DNA of 64,000 bases, taken from positions 8,902 to 72,901 of the forward strand of contig DASXVG010000083.1 of assembly GCA_036504355.1 (NCBI GenBank). Reading direction: 5' to 3'. The stretch is from Candidatus Limnocylindrales bacterium (GTDB taxonomy: Bacteria > Chloroflexota > Limnocylindria > Limnocylindrales > CSP1-4). Under the pieces are notes generated by a model. The model saw nothing but the letters and a program-made list of their open reading frames with translations. It did not search any database and had not been told where the DNA came from. This document shows positions 19,331 through 28,395 of the stretch, piece after piece (within the stretch, counting starts at the first letter, position 1; every line of letters starts with the position of its first letter). Made by a program: the position numbers and the translations under genes.

Positions 19331-20311
19331 ATGCCGAGACTGCCAGCTCCAGGGCGCCTCGCGGCCCGCCGGCGCCCGGCGTCCGCGGACCGCCTGGCCG
19401 TCGTGGTGGTCGGTGATCTCGTCGTGGACGTCATGCTCCTGCCGGCGCGGGACCTCGAGCGGGGCACCGACGTCCCCGGCCGCGTCCGACTCCGCCAGGG
19501 CGGCAGCGCGACGACGACCGCGCGCTGGCTCGGGCGACTCGGCGCGCGGACCAGCCTCGTGTGCGCGATCGGGCGTGACGCGGTGGGCCGGGCGCTCGTG
19601 ACCGCGGTCTCCGGCGACGGGGTCGTCGTGCGCGCGGTGCGCGTGGCGGGAGCGCCGACGGGGCGCATCGGGGTGGTCGTGGAGCCCGGCGGCGAGCGGT
19701 CGTTCGTCCAGGACCGGGGTGCCGCGCTCCGGCTCCGGCCCGAGGACCTCAGGCCCGAGTGGTTCGCCGGCGCGGACGCCGTCCACCTGCCCGCCTACTC
19801 GCTGCTCGACCAGCCGCTGGGCCTCGCCGGGATGGCCGCGACGCGGCTCGCGCGTGACGCCGGCGCGCTCGTGACGCTCGATCTCAGCTCGACGGCACCG
19901 CTCCTCGCGAAGGGCCGCCGCGCCGCGCTCGCGCTCATCGAGGAGGCGCACCCCGACCTCATCTTCGCGACGAAGGACGAGTCGCGGGCGCTGGTGGGGT
20001 CCAAGAAGGGCGAGGAGTCGCTGCTGGACCTGGCCCCGATCGCCGTCGTGAAGCGCGGTCGCAAGGGGGCGACGGTCCTCGCCCGGGACGGCAAGCGTGC
20101 GCTCCGGTTCGAGATCGCCACGACGCCCGTCAGGGCATCGGACACCACGGGCGCGGGCGACGCGTTCAGCGCCGGGTTCCTCCACGGCTGGCTCGACGGC
20201 AGGCGCAAGGGCCTGGCCCCGGCCGCGGCGCTCCAGCGTGGCGCCGTCGCGGGCAACCGGGCAGCGCTGCGCCACCTGTCGAACCCGCCGGGCGAGCTCC
20301 CGCTCGGCTGA
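19331..20311 (+). CDS. PfkB-family carbohydrate/nucleoside kinase (ribokinase-like)
   Basis: VVVVGDLVVDV..., GGSATTTARWL, C-terminal DTTGAGDAFSAGFL. TAGACT-7 nt-ATG start context. Confidence 0.85.
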   Translation: MPRLPAPGRLAARRRPASADRLAVVVVGDLVVDVMLLPARDLERGTDVPGRVRLRQGGSATTTARWLGRLGARTSLVCAIGRDAVGRALVTAVSGDGVVVRAVRVAGAPTGRIGVVVEPGGERSFVQDRGAALRLRPEDLRPEWFAGADAVHLPAYSLLDQPLGLAGMAATRLARDAGALVTLDLSSTAPLLAKGRRAALALIEEAHPDLIFATKDESRALVGSKKGEESLLDLAPIAVVKRGRKGATVLARDGKRALRFEIATTPVRASDTTGAGDAFSAGFLHGWLDGRRKGLAPAAALQRGAVAGNRAALRHLSNPPGELPLG

Positions 20312-20337
20312 ATCGCCCCGGCTCGCAGCGCCCGCGC

Positions 20338-22380
20338 CTACGCGCGCACGAAGCGATCGAACCAGTCGAGCATCCGGGTCATGCGGTCGATCCGGCGGTC
20401 GATCCGGCCGCTTGCCTGGAGCACGTGGTACTCCTCGGGGTAGAGCACGTACTCCACCGTGCGCCCCATCCAGCGGAGCGTGACGAAGAACTGCTCGTTG
20501 TCGCCGGACGGGCACCGCTTGTCCGCCTCCGACTGGAGCATCAGCAGCGGCGTATGCACGTTCCCCACGTTGCGCAGGGGCGACTGGCGCCACAGGTGCT
20601 CCACGCCCACGGGCGTCGTCGGGTCGCCCATCCGCGAGGAGCGGCAGTACTCCGGGCCGGAATCGCTGTTGGCCCAGGCGGCGACCTGGTTGGTGACGCC
20701 GTTCTCGGACACCGCGGCACGGAACCGGTCGGTCGTCCCGACCAGCCAGTTGACCATGAACCCGCCGTATGACAGCCCGAGCGCGCCGAGCCGCTCCGGG
20801 TCCGCGAGCCCCAGCGAGACGATGTGGTCGAGCGCCGCGTGGACGTCGTCTGCGTCAGGCCCGCCCCACTCGCCCAGCTGGGGCCTGATCCACGCGCCGC
20901 CGTACGACGCCGAGCCCCGGATGTTCGGCAGCACGACGCGGTAGCCTCGCGCGCACAGCAGCACGACCTCGAGCGACGGCGCCGGGGCCCACGCACCGAG
21001 CGGGCCACCGTGGACGTCGACGATGGTGGGGAGCGCCGCATCGCCCGCGCCCGCGGGGGAGGCGATCCAGGTCTCGATCGGGCCGCCGGGACCGGGCGCC
21101 TCGACGACCTGCATCTCGGGCCATGCCAGCCCGTCGATCCACGACGAGCCCATCGTCGTGACCGGGCGGAGCGTCCCGTCGCTGTCGACGACGCACAGCT
21201 CCGGCGGCCGCGCACCGACCGTCGCGAGGACGGTCACCCGTCCCGCGCCCACCGCGAGCGAGTGCGCCATGACGTCGCCGACGGCGAGCCGCTCGGGCTC
21301 GGCGGGCGCGCGGCCCGTCGTGGGGTCCACGCAGAAGCGCCACGGGTGCGTCCGCCCGCGATCGGTGACGAGGGCGACGATCGCCTCGCCGTCCCACGCC
21401 GGCCCCGGGCGGGAGTCGACCATCCACCCGGTGAGGTCGCAGTCCGCCCAGCTCTCGACCGGCCGGTCGAGGTCCGGCGCGAGCGCGACGGCCGGTGCGG
21501 ACTCATCGGCGCGGCCCACGTAGAGGGTGGGGGACTGGTCGTCGTAGCAGTCCGGGTCGTCCACCCCCACGCCCGCGATGAGCACGCAGTCGCGCGAGTA
21601 CACGGGCCGCCGCACCGGTCCGCGGAGCGCGAGGATCTCGCGCGGTTCGCGGCCCGCGTCGCCCGCTCCCCGCTCCGCCGCAACCTCCCAGATCGACGTG
21701 CGCGGCGTCCGGTCCGCGTCCGGCCTCGGGTCCGCGACGAACGCGATCGCCCGGGAGTCCGGCCGCCACGCGATCCCCGACACGCCGCCGGCGATCGAGG
21801 TGAGCTGGCGTGGCTTGGCTCCCCGTCGTGCCGCGACGACGAACAGCTGTGACCGGCGGTCGAGGTAGTCCTCCTCGTCCCAGCGATAGTCGATCACGGT
21901 GATACGTCGGGCGCGCGGCTGCTGGCCTGCCTTCGGCTTCGGGCCGACGAGGAACCGCTCCGGTCCGGTCTCCGCGGTGAACGCGATCGTGCGCCCGTCC
22001 GGCGACCAGGCGAGCTCCCCCGGGGACAGCTCGCCGAGCGCGAGCTCCACCGGCTCGCCGCCAGCGAGGTCGAGGAGCATGAGCACCGGGTCGCGGCTGC
22101 CGTCGGCCTTGCGCGTGAACGCGACGCGGGCGCCGTCCGGGGAGACGCGCGGCTGCCGGTCGCGGCTCGCCCCGTTGGTGAGGCGTCGCGGCTCCCCGCC
22201 GTCGAGGGGCACCAGCCACAGGTCGGAGACGTAGCGGGCCCCGTCGACGGTCCGCCGGGAGACGACCGCGAGCGACCCGTCGGCCGCGGTGTCGTGCTCC
22301 TCGAGGACCACCTGGTCGCGCAGGGTCCGGGGCTCCGGCGGACGGAGGATGCGGCGCGAGGGCCGGGTGCGTGCTGCCAT
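20338..22380 (-). CDS. S9 family serine peptidase (acylaminoacyl-peptidase/prolyl oligopeptidase type) with an N-terminal PD40/TolB-like propeller
   Basis: 680 aa with PD40 repeats (VSPDGARVAF, WSPDGRTIAF) and the catalytic triad context GLSYGGFM, SEADKRCP, EEYHVL. The upper third of the 1029-aa track ORF is antisense to psuG. Confidence 0.88.
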   Translation of the reverse strand: MAARTRPSRRILRPPEPRTLRDQVVLEEHDTAADGSLAVVSRRTVDGARYVSDLWLVPLDGGEPRRLTNGASRDRQPRVSPDGARVAFTRKADGSRDPVLMLLDLAGGEPVELALGELSPGELAWSPDGRTIAFTAETGPERFLVGPKPKAGQQPRARRITVIDYRWDEEDYLDRRSQLFVVAARRGAKPRQLTSIAGGVSGIAWRPDSRAIAFVADPRPDADRTPRTSIWEVAAERGAGDAGREPREILALRGPVRRPVYSRDCVLIAGVGVDDPDCYDDQSPTLYVGRADESAPAVALAPDLDRPVESWADCDLTGWMVDSRPGPAWDGEAIVALVTDRGRTHPWRFCVDPTTGRAPAEPERLAVGDVMAHSLAVGAGRVTVLATVGARPPELCVVDSDGTLRPVTTMGSSWIDGLAWPEMQVVEAPGPGGPIETWIASPAGAGDAALPTIVDVHGGPLGAWAPAPSLEVVLLCARGYRVVLPNIRGSASYGGAWIRPQLGEWGGPDADDVHAALDHIVSLGLADPERLGALGLSYGGFMVNWLVGTTDRFRAAVSENGVTNQVAAWANSDSGPEYCRSSRMGDPTTPVGVEHLWRQSPLRNVGNVHTPLLMLQSEADKRCPSGDNEQFFVTLRWMGRTVEYVLYPEEYHVLQASGRIDRRIDRMTRMLDWFDRFVRA

Positions 22381-22458
22381 GCGCGGAGCGTAGAGCGGTC
22401 GGGCGGACCCCGTCCGGCGCAGGTGCACGGGCCGGTCCTCGGACGTACCCTCAGGGCC

Positions 22459-23403
22459 ATGATCACGCCCGACCGTCTCGCCATCGCCCCCGAGGTCGCC
22501 GACGCGCTCGCGGCAGGGACCCCCGTCGTCGCCCTCGAGTCCACGCTCATCAGCCACGGGCTCGCGTACCCGCACAACGTGGAGGTCGCGACGGCATCGG
22601 AGCAGGCGATCCGGTCGACTGGGGCCGTCCCGGCGACGGTGGCGCTCAACCGGGGGCGGCTGCTCGTCGGCCTGTCTGCAGACGAGCTCGAGCAGCTCGC
22701 GACGGCGCCCCATGGCTCGGTGCGCAAGGTCTCGCGCCCGAACCTCGGCGCGGCGATCGCATCCGGCGGTTGGGGGGCGACGACCGTCGCCGCGACGATG
22801 ATCGCCGCGCACGCGTGCGGGATCCGCGTCTTCGCGACCGGCGGCATCGGCGGCGTCCACCGGGGCGCCCTCGGTTCTGCGAGCGGCACGCATGCGGCGA
22901 CCTTCGATATCTCGGCGGACCTCGACGAGCTCGCCCGGACGCCGGTCGCAGTCGTGTGCGCCGGGCCAAAGGCGATCCTCGACGTGCCGCTGACGCTCGA
23001 ATACCTCGAGACGCGCGGCGTGCCCGTGGTGACCGTGGGTATCGACGAGATCCCGGGGTTCTATGCGCGGCGGTCGGGGATCCCGGCGCCGGTCTCGGTC
23101 CCGGACGTCGCCGCGGCCGCCGACGTGATCCGCGCCCACGAGGCGATGGGCCTCGAGTCCGGGCTCGTGATCTGCAACCCAGTCCCCGAGGCAGACGCCC
23201 TCGACCACGCGCTCGCGCGGGACTCGATCGAGCAGGCCATCCGCGAGGCCGAGCACACGGGGGTCAGCGGCGCCGCCCTCACGCCCTGGCTCCTGGCCCG
23301 CGTCGCGGCGCTCACGGACGGGGCGTCCGTGAAGGCGAATGTCTCGCTCATCGTGAACAACGCGAGGACCGGCGGCGAGCTGGGGGCCGCGCTCCTCCGC
23401 TGA
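22459..23403 (+). CDS. psuG: Pseudouridine-5'-phosphate glycosidase
   Basis: VVALESTLISHGLAYPHN, GWGATTVAATMIAAH..GIRVFATGGIGGVHRG, DISADLDELARTPVAVVCAGPKAILD. Confidence 0.9.
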   Translation: MITPDRLAIAPEVADALAAGTPVVALESTLISHGLAYPHNVEVATASEQAIRSTGAVPATVALNRGRLLVGLSADELEQLATAPHGSVRKVSRPNLGAAIASGGWGATTVAATMIAAHACGIRVFATGGIGGVHRGALGSASGTHAATFDISADLDELARTPVAVVCAGPKAILDVPLTLEYLETRGVPVVTVGIDEIPGFYARRSGIPAPVSVPDVAAAADVIRAHEAMGLESGLVICNPVPEADALDHALARDSIEQAIREAEHTGVSGAALTPWLLARVAALTDGASVKANVSLIVNNARTGGELGAALLR

Positions 23404-23481
23404 CGACCGCGGACGCCGGCCGGCCACGGACGCGCGGATGCGCCGGCCCGGGGCGGTCCGGACCGGCGCGCGTGCGGTGGG

Positions 23482-23904
23482 CTACTTGCCGGCGATGCCG
23501 ACTGGCTGCTGGTTGCCCGGCGAGAGGCGGAAGTCGCCGGCTGCCGGCTCGGGGAGCTGGAGCTCAACGAGGAGGCCAGGGCCCGGCTCGTTGCCCGGCC
23601 CGAGCCGGTACTCCCCGATGACCTGGTCGAGGTTGACGGGCGACCCGTCGACCTTGGACACCGGGCCGCCGCCGATGCCGCCGTCGGCCTCGACGGGGAC
23701 GGGCGTGCTCACCGCCGGGGTGGATGCCACGGCGAAGCCGCCGATGACGTAGCCAGTCGCCAGCAGCGCGGCCGCCGCGAGCAGCTTGAGCGAGGCGCCG
23801 GCGCCCCCCTCGTCCTCGCGCGGGAACGCCACGGACGGGCCGGCCGGGGACTGGTAGTAGATCCGGATCGCCTGCGAGGGATCGACGGGGTTGGACGCGA
23901 GCAT
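23482..23904 (-). CDS. Hypothetical single-pass membrane protein
   Basis: 140 aa. SD GGAGA lies 7 nt upstream of ATG 23904. One TM helix (LKLLAAAALLATGYVIGGFAV) is followed by a Gly/Pro-rich ectodomain. Divergent from the TetR gene. No recognisable family. Confidence 0.6.
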   Translation of the reverse strand: MLASNPVDPSQAIRIYYQSPAGPSVAFPREDEGGAGASLKLLAAAALLATGYVIGGFAVASTPAVSTPVPVEADGGIGGGPVSKVDGSPVNLDQVIGEYRLGPGNEPGPGLLVELQLPEPAAGDFRLSPGNQQPVGIAGK

Positions 23905-23942
23905 CGGGAGTGTCTCCTGGACGTGGGATCGGTCCGTCTCTG

Positions 23943-23999
23943 CAGTACGTCCGGTCGTGCTAAGTGGCTGCCAGAACAGTACGAACGGTCGTGCTAACT
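23943..23999. promoter_or_regulatory. Two direct copies of a 23-nt operator-like element (CAGTACGWMCGGTCGTGCTAASt), each an imperfect palindrome
   Basis: Copies at 23943-23965 and 23977-23999 in the divergent TetR / membrane-protein intergenic region. The core AGTACGnnCGgtCGTGCT is 14/18 self-complementary. Confidence 0.45.
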
Positions 24000-24043
24000 T
24001 CCGCATGGACGAGGCGCCATCGAACCGCGGAGACAAATGACGT

Positions 24044-24658
24044 ATGCCTCCCACGAAGGCCATCCGGGCGACCCGCAGCGACGGTGAGCGGACTCGTCGC
24101 GAGATCCTGACGACGGCCGCGCGCCTCGCGACGGTGGAGGGGATACGGCATCTCTCGATCGCGCGGCTGGCGGACGAGGTTGGCATCAGCAAGAGCGGGC
24201 TGTACGCGCACTTCGGGTCGAAGCAGGAGCTCCAGCTCGCGACGATCGACACGGCCGAGGAGATCTACGAACGCGACGTGTACGACGCGATCGCACCGGT
24301 GCCCGCCGGCCACGACGGCGCGATCGCCCTCGCCGACGCCCACCTCGACCACATGCGCCGGCGCGTGTTCCCCGGCGGCTGCTTCTTCGATGCGGCGGCC
24401 GGCGACCTCGCCCTGGAGCGGGGGATCGTGCGGGACAAGGTGGCGGCGTTCCAGGCGGGCTGGGTCGCGCGCCTCCGGACGAACCTCGAGGCCGCCGTCA
24501 CCAAGGGCGAGCTGCCCGCCGACGCAGACCTCGTCCAGATCCTGTACGACATCACGTCGTACCTCGTTCTGGCGCACTCACGGCTCGTGTTCGATGGCAA
24601 CGACAGCGGCTTGCCGCTCGCCGCGCGGGCGGTGAGGCTCCGACTGGGGCGAGCGTAG
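24044..24658 (+). CDS. TetR/AcrR family transcriptional regulator
   Basis: N-terminal HTH: RTRREILTTAARLATVEGIRHLSIARLADEVGISKSGLYAHFGSKQEL. Confidence 0.9.
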   Translation: MPPTKAIRATRSDGERTRREILTTAARLATVEGIRHLSIARLADEVGISKSGLYAHFGSKQELQLATIDTAEEIYERDVYDAIAPVPAGHDGAIALADAHLDHMRRRVFPGGCFFDAAAGDLALERGIVRDKVAAFQAGWVARLRTNLEAAVTKGELPADADLVQILYDITSYLVLAHSRLVFDGNDSGLPLAARAVRLRLGRA

Positions 24659-24697
24659 CCGGCGCCGTTCCCTGTTCGATGAAGCTCACGCCGGTGT

Positions 24698-24711
24698 AAG
24701 ACGGTCGTCTT
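24698..24711. promoter_or_regulatory. Perfect palindrome AAGACG-GT-CGTCTT upstream of the ABC operon; shares the ACGGTCGT core with the TetR operator-like repeats
   Basis: Read directly. Lies 62 nt upstream of the ABC ATPase GTG start and overlaps a possible TTCCAT-N18-TACGCT promoter. Confidence 0.3.
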
Positions 24712-24772
24712 CCATCGCCCGTCTGATCCGTGCTACGCTCCCGGACCCGCCGACCCCTCGCGAGGGCTGCCC

Positions 24773-25837
24773 GTGTCCGTCGATCCCCAAGGCGCCGCCC
24801 TGCCGCCGGCCATCTCCGTGCGCGGCGTCCGCCGTGTCTACGACGCGAAGCCCAAGGCCGTCACGGCCCTCGCCGGCGTCGACCTCGAGGTCGCCCCGGG
24901 CGAGTTCTTCGGGCTCCTCGGGCCGAACGGCGCGGGCAAGACGACGCTGATCAAGATCCTCACGACACTCCTGCTCCCGACGAGCGGTGAGGCGCGGATC
25001 TTCGGCTTCGATGTGGTCGAGGAGACGCGCCGGATTCGACGGATCATGAACATGGTCGCGGGCGGCGAGCAGTCGGGCTACGGGATCCTCACCGTCCGCG
25101 AGCAGCTGTGGATGTTCAGCCAGTTCTATGGCCTGCACACGGGCGAGGGCTGGACGCGCGTCGACGAGCTCATCGAGGCGGTGGGCCTCCAGGACCAGCG
25201 CATCCAGCGCGTCAGCACCCTGTCCACCGGCCAGCGTCAGAAGATGAACATGGCCCGCGGCCTGCTCAACGACCCGTGGATCCTGTTCCTCGACGAGCCC
25301 ACGCTGGGTCTGGACGTCGCGGCGGCCCGCTCGATCCGCGAGCTCGTCCTCGATTGGAAGGCCGCGGTCCCGGGTCGGACGGTCCTGCTCACCACCCACT
25401 ACATGGCCGAGGCCGACGAGCTGTGCGACCGGATCGCGATCGTGGACCACGGCCGGATCCTCGCAATCGGCACGCCCGACGAGCTCAAGAAGCGCGTCCA
25501 GCGGGAGTCGATCTTCCGGCTCGAGCTCGACCACCTCGACGGGGGAGCGGCGACGCTCGCCCGGCTCCCGGGCGTGGAATCCGCGGCGCTGGCGGCCGAT
25601 GCCGACTCGGAGGCCCAGCGGGTCGTGGTCAACCTCGTGCTCACCGACGATGCCGCGCTCGGCGCCGTGGTCACGGCCCTCGGGGGGACCGGCTCCCAGA
25701 TCCTCGCGCTGCGCAAGTCCGAGCCCACGCTCGAGGACGTGTTCGTGGAGCTCGTGGGCCGCGGGTTCGGTGACGAGGGCGACGCCGGTGGCGGGGCCGA
25801 CGCCGGCGAGACGCCCGAGCACGTCGGTGCCGCCTGA
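24773..25837 (+). CDS. ABC transporter ATP-binding protein (DrrA-like)
   Basis: Walker A GPNGAGKTT, Q-loop, signature LSTGQRQK, Walker B ILFLDEPT, H-loop TTHYM. GTG start. Confidence 0.92.
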   Translation: MSVDPQGAALPPAISVRGVRRVYDAKPKAVTALAGVDLEVAPGEFFGLLGPNGAGKTTLIKILTTLLLPTSGEARIFGFDVVEETRRIRRIMNMVAGGEQSGYGILTVREQLWMFSQFYGLHTGEGWTRVDELIEAVGLQDQRIQRVSTLSTGQRQKMNMARGLLNDPWILFLDEPTLGLDVAAARSIRELVLDWKAAVPGRTVLLTTHYMAEADELCDRIAIVDHGRILAIGTPDELKKRVQRESIFRLELDHLDGGAATLARLPGVESAALAADADSEAQRVVVNLVLTDDAALGAVVTALGGTGSQILALRKSEPTLEDVFVELVGRGFGDEGDAGGGADAGETPEHVGAA

Positions 25838-26736
25838 TGGGCGCGCGCCCGGCGAACCCGGTGTTCGCGACGACGCGCGGCGGGACCGACCCGCGCAGCG
25901 CCTCGGACTGGACCGCCAGCCACGTCATGGGCACGAACCTGCGCTCGCTCGTCGGGCGCGCCTACCCCCGCGTCCGGGGGATGGTCCGCGAGCCGTCGTG
26001 GCTGCTGTTCGAGATCCTGCTGCCGTTCCTCACGACGTCGGCGTTTGTGCTCGTCTACCGCGCGCTCGGCGCGCCGGACGCGTACGTCGGCTTCGTCGTG
26101 CTCGGCGGGGCGATGGCCGCGTTCTGGCTCAACGTCGTGTGGATGATGGCCGGCCAGCTCTACTGGGAGAAGAGCCAGGGCAACCTCGAGCTCTACTTCG
26201 CCGCCCCGATGAACCTCATGGCGATCCTGCTGGGGATGGCCGTTGGCGGGCTCGTCATGAGCTCCGTCCGCGCGGCCGCCGTCCTCGTGATCTCCACGAT
26301 CGTGTTCGGGGTCACGTTCCAGGTCGAGCAGTGGCTGCTCGTCGCCGTCGTGTTCGCGCTGACGCTGTCGGCGCTGTACGGCCTCGGGATGATGCTCGCA
26401 AGCCTGTTCCTGCTGTGGGGCCGGGAGGCGTTCCACCTCACGAACCTGGTGATCGAGCCCGTGTACTTCCTGTCCGGGCTCAACTTCCCGGTCGGGCGTC
26501 TGGGCGCGATCGGCGCGCTCGCGATCGCGACGATCCCGTTCGCCGTTGGCCTCGACGCGATGCGCCAGCTCGTGTTCGCGGGCCAGCCGTACATCACCGG
26601 GACGCCGCCGCCCGAGGTGGAGGCGTGGATCCTCGTCGTCATGACCGTCGTGTTCACGCTGCTCGCGCGCTGGATGATCCGGCGCATCGAGCGGATGGCC
26701 CGCAGCCGCGGCAGCCTGTCGATCCGATGGCAGTGA
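25837..26736 (+). CDS. ABC-2 type transporter permease (1 of 2)
   Basis: Six-helix hydrophobic protein. ATG overlaps the ATPase stop (ATGA). ATG 25927 is an alternative start. Confidence 0.8.
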   Translation: MGARPANPVFATTRGGTDPRSASDWTASHVMGTNLRSLVGRAYPRVRGMVREPSWLLFEILLPFLTTSAFVLVYRALGAPDAYVGFVVLGGAMAAFWLNVVWMMAGQLYWEKSQGNLELYFAAPMNLMAILLGMAVGGLVMSSVRAAAVLVISTIVFGVTFQVEQWLLVAVVFALTLSALYGLGMMLASLFLLWGREAFHLTNLVIEPVYFLSGLNFPVGRLGAIGALAIATIPFAVGLDAMRQLVFAGQPYITGTPPPEVEAWILVVMTVVFTLLARWMIRRIERMARSRGSLSIRWQ

Positions 26737-27662
26737 CCACCTTGTTCGACCCGGCGCGTACCGATGGCGCGGGCCTCGCCGACACCGTCCGCACCCTGCG
26801 CACCGCGCTGTTCCTGGGCTGGCGCGTGGAGGCGAACTGGACCGACCCGCTGCTGTTCGTCATCTACACGGTGGTGAAGCCGATCGCGAGCCTGCTCCTG
26901 CTGGTGATGATGATCCAGATCATCGGCGCGGGCGCCACGGGCTCCGGCAACGACACGATCCGGACGTTCGTCGTCCTGGGGTCGGCGCTGTGGGCGATGC
27001 TCGTGGCGGGGATCGCCGGTCCCGCCTGGTCGGTGCTCGAGGACCGCGAGCGGTACCGGATGCTCAAGTACCTGTACGTCTCGCCGTCGACGTTCCTCGT
27101 GGTCCTCGTCGGACGCGGCGGGGCCCGGCTCGTCGCGGGCGCGATGGGCACGCTCGTCGCGCTCGTGTTTGCCGTCATCGTGCTCGGGCTCCGGATCGAC
27201 CTCGGCGCCGTCAACTGGCCGCTGCTCCTGGTCTCGCTGGTCCTCGGCATCGTGCCGATCCTCGCGATCGGGGTGCTCCTCGCAGCGATCTGCCTCCAGA
27301 CGCGCCAGGAGAGCTGGTCGTACCCGGACGCGTTCGCGGGCGCCCTGTTCCTGGTCACGGGCGTCGTGTTCCCGCTCGCCGTCCTGCCCGACCCGATCGA
27401 GGTCGTCGGGCTCGTGAACCCGGTGACGTGGTGGGTGGCCGGGGTCCGGCTGGCCGTGCTGCCCGACGGGCCGTCGTCGATCGGCGGACCGGGCTCGGTG
27501 TGGACAGCTGTCACCGCTTCCGCCGCCCCGGACACGACGACGATCGTCCTCGCGTTGTGCGTGACCGGAGCGCTGGCTACACTCGCGGCGACCGCCATCT
27601 TCCGATCGAGCGAGCATCACGCGAGGGACCTCGGCCTGCTCGACCGGACGACTGGCTCGTAG
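26727..27662 (+). CDS. ABC-2 type transporter permease (2 of 2)
   Basis: 311 aa, polytopic. ATG 26727 overlaps the previous permease by 10 nt. It is the only coding part of the 687-aa track ORF. Confidence 0.8.
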   Translation: MAVTTLFDPARTDGAGLADTVRTLRTALFLGWRVEANWTDPLLFVIYTVVKPIASLLLLVMMIQIIGAGATGSGNDTIRTFVVLGSALWAMLVAGIAGPAWSVLEDRERYRMLKYLYVSPSTFLVVLVGRGGARLVAGAMGTLVALVFAVIVLGLRIDLGAVNWPLLLVSLVLGIVPILAIGVLLAAICLQTRQESWSYPDAFAGALFLVTGVVFPLAVLPDPIEVVGLVNPVTWWVAGVRLAVLPDGPSSIGGPGSVWTAVTASAAPDTTTIVLALCVTGALATLAATAIFRSSEHHARDLGLLDRTTGS

Positions 27663-27714
27663 CGGCCCGGCGTTCGACCCGGGTGCGGCGACCGCCGCAG
27701 CGAGGGAGCAGGCG

Positions 27715-28323
27715 ATGCGCATCTACGAAGGAAGCCCGCGCCAGGACTTCGAGGAGGTCTTCCGGTCCATCGGGGCGTTCCTCGATGCGCGCGGCATGCG
27801 GGACATCCTCCTGCTCGAGGTCCCGGACGGGTTCGTCGTCCAGGGGCTCGTGACGGCGGGCGGATCGGCCGGTGCCTGGTCGGACACGATCGGGACCGTC
27901 ACCAAGGAGACGCTGACGTTCCTCGACGACGACATCGCGAAGTTCATGGAGGAGGCAGCTGCCCGCCGCGGCACCGGCGCCCCGACGGGCCCGAATGCCG
28001 GCAACCACGAGCGCGCCCTGCGGGTCATGGGCCGCTGGATGGACGAGCAGAAGCCGCACGACGTGTTCCTGTTCGAGCAGGAGGGCGCCTACGTCGTGAG
28101 GCTCCACCACGCCGGGCAGGCGGGCTCGCACCACACGCTCGCCGAGTTCACCCGCGACGACATCCAGGGCCTCGTCTCGCAGGGCCCGTCCCTGCGTGGC
28201 AAGCCGAGCGCCGCGAGCTCCCCGGCCGCCGCGCTCGCCCAGGCCGCCGCGCCCGCCCCGGTCCCGGCCGCACCGCCTGCCGCGCCATCCGACGACCCCG
28301 GCTGGGGTGGCACGCAGGGCTGA
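27715..28323 (+). CDS. Hypothetical protein with two tandem copies of a domain of about 65 aa and an Ala/Pro-rich tail
   Basis: SD GAGGGAG upstream. Internal duplication: FEEVFRSIGAFLDARGMRDILLLEVPDGFVVQG...TLTFLDDDI versus HERALRVMGRWMDEQKPHDVFLFEQEGAYVVRL...TLAEFTRDDI. No family recognised. Confidence 0.7.
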   Translation: MRIYEGSPRQDFEEVFRSIGAFLDARGMRDILLLEVPDGFVVQGLVTAGGSAGAWSDTIGTVTKETLTFLDDDIAKFMEEAAARRGTGAPTGPNAGNHERALRVMGRWMDEQKPHDVFLFEQEGAYVVRLHHAGQAGSHHTLAEFTRDDIQGLVSQGPSLRGKPSAASSPAAALAQAAAPAPVPAAPPAAPSDDPGWGGTQG

Positions 28324-28395
28324 CCGGCGGGTGACAGCACGCCCCGCAGGGGGCACAATCGTCTCCCAGACGTCGTAGTGAAGGAGGTCCAGCCC

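Noticed and set aside
20338-23427. A single 1029-aa minus-strand protein
   Set aside because: Only 20338-22380 (S9 peptidase, starting MAARTRPS) is coding. The upper third is antisense to the clearly recognisable psuG gene.
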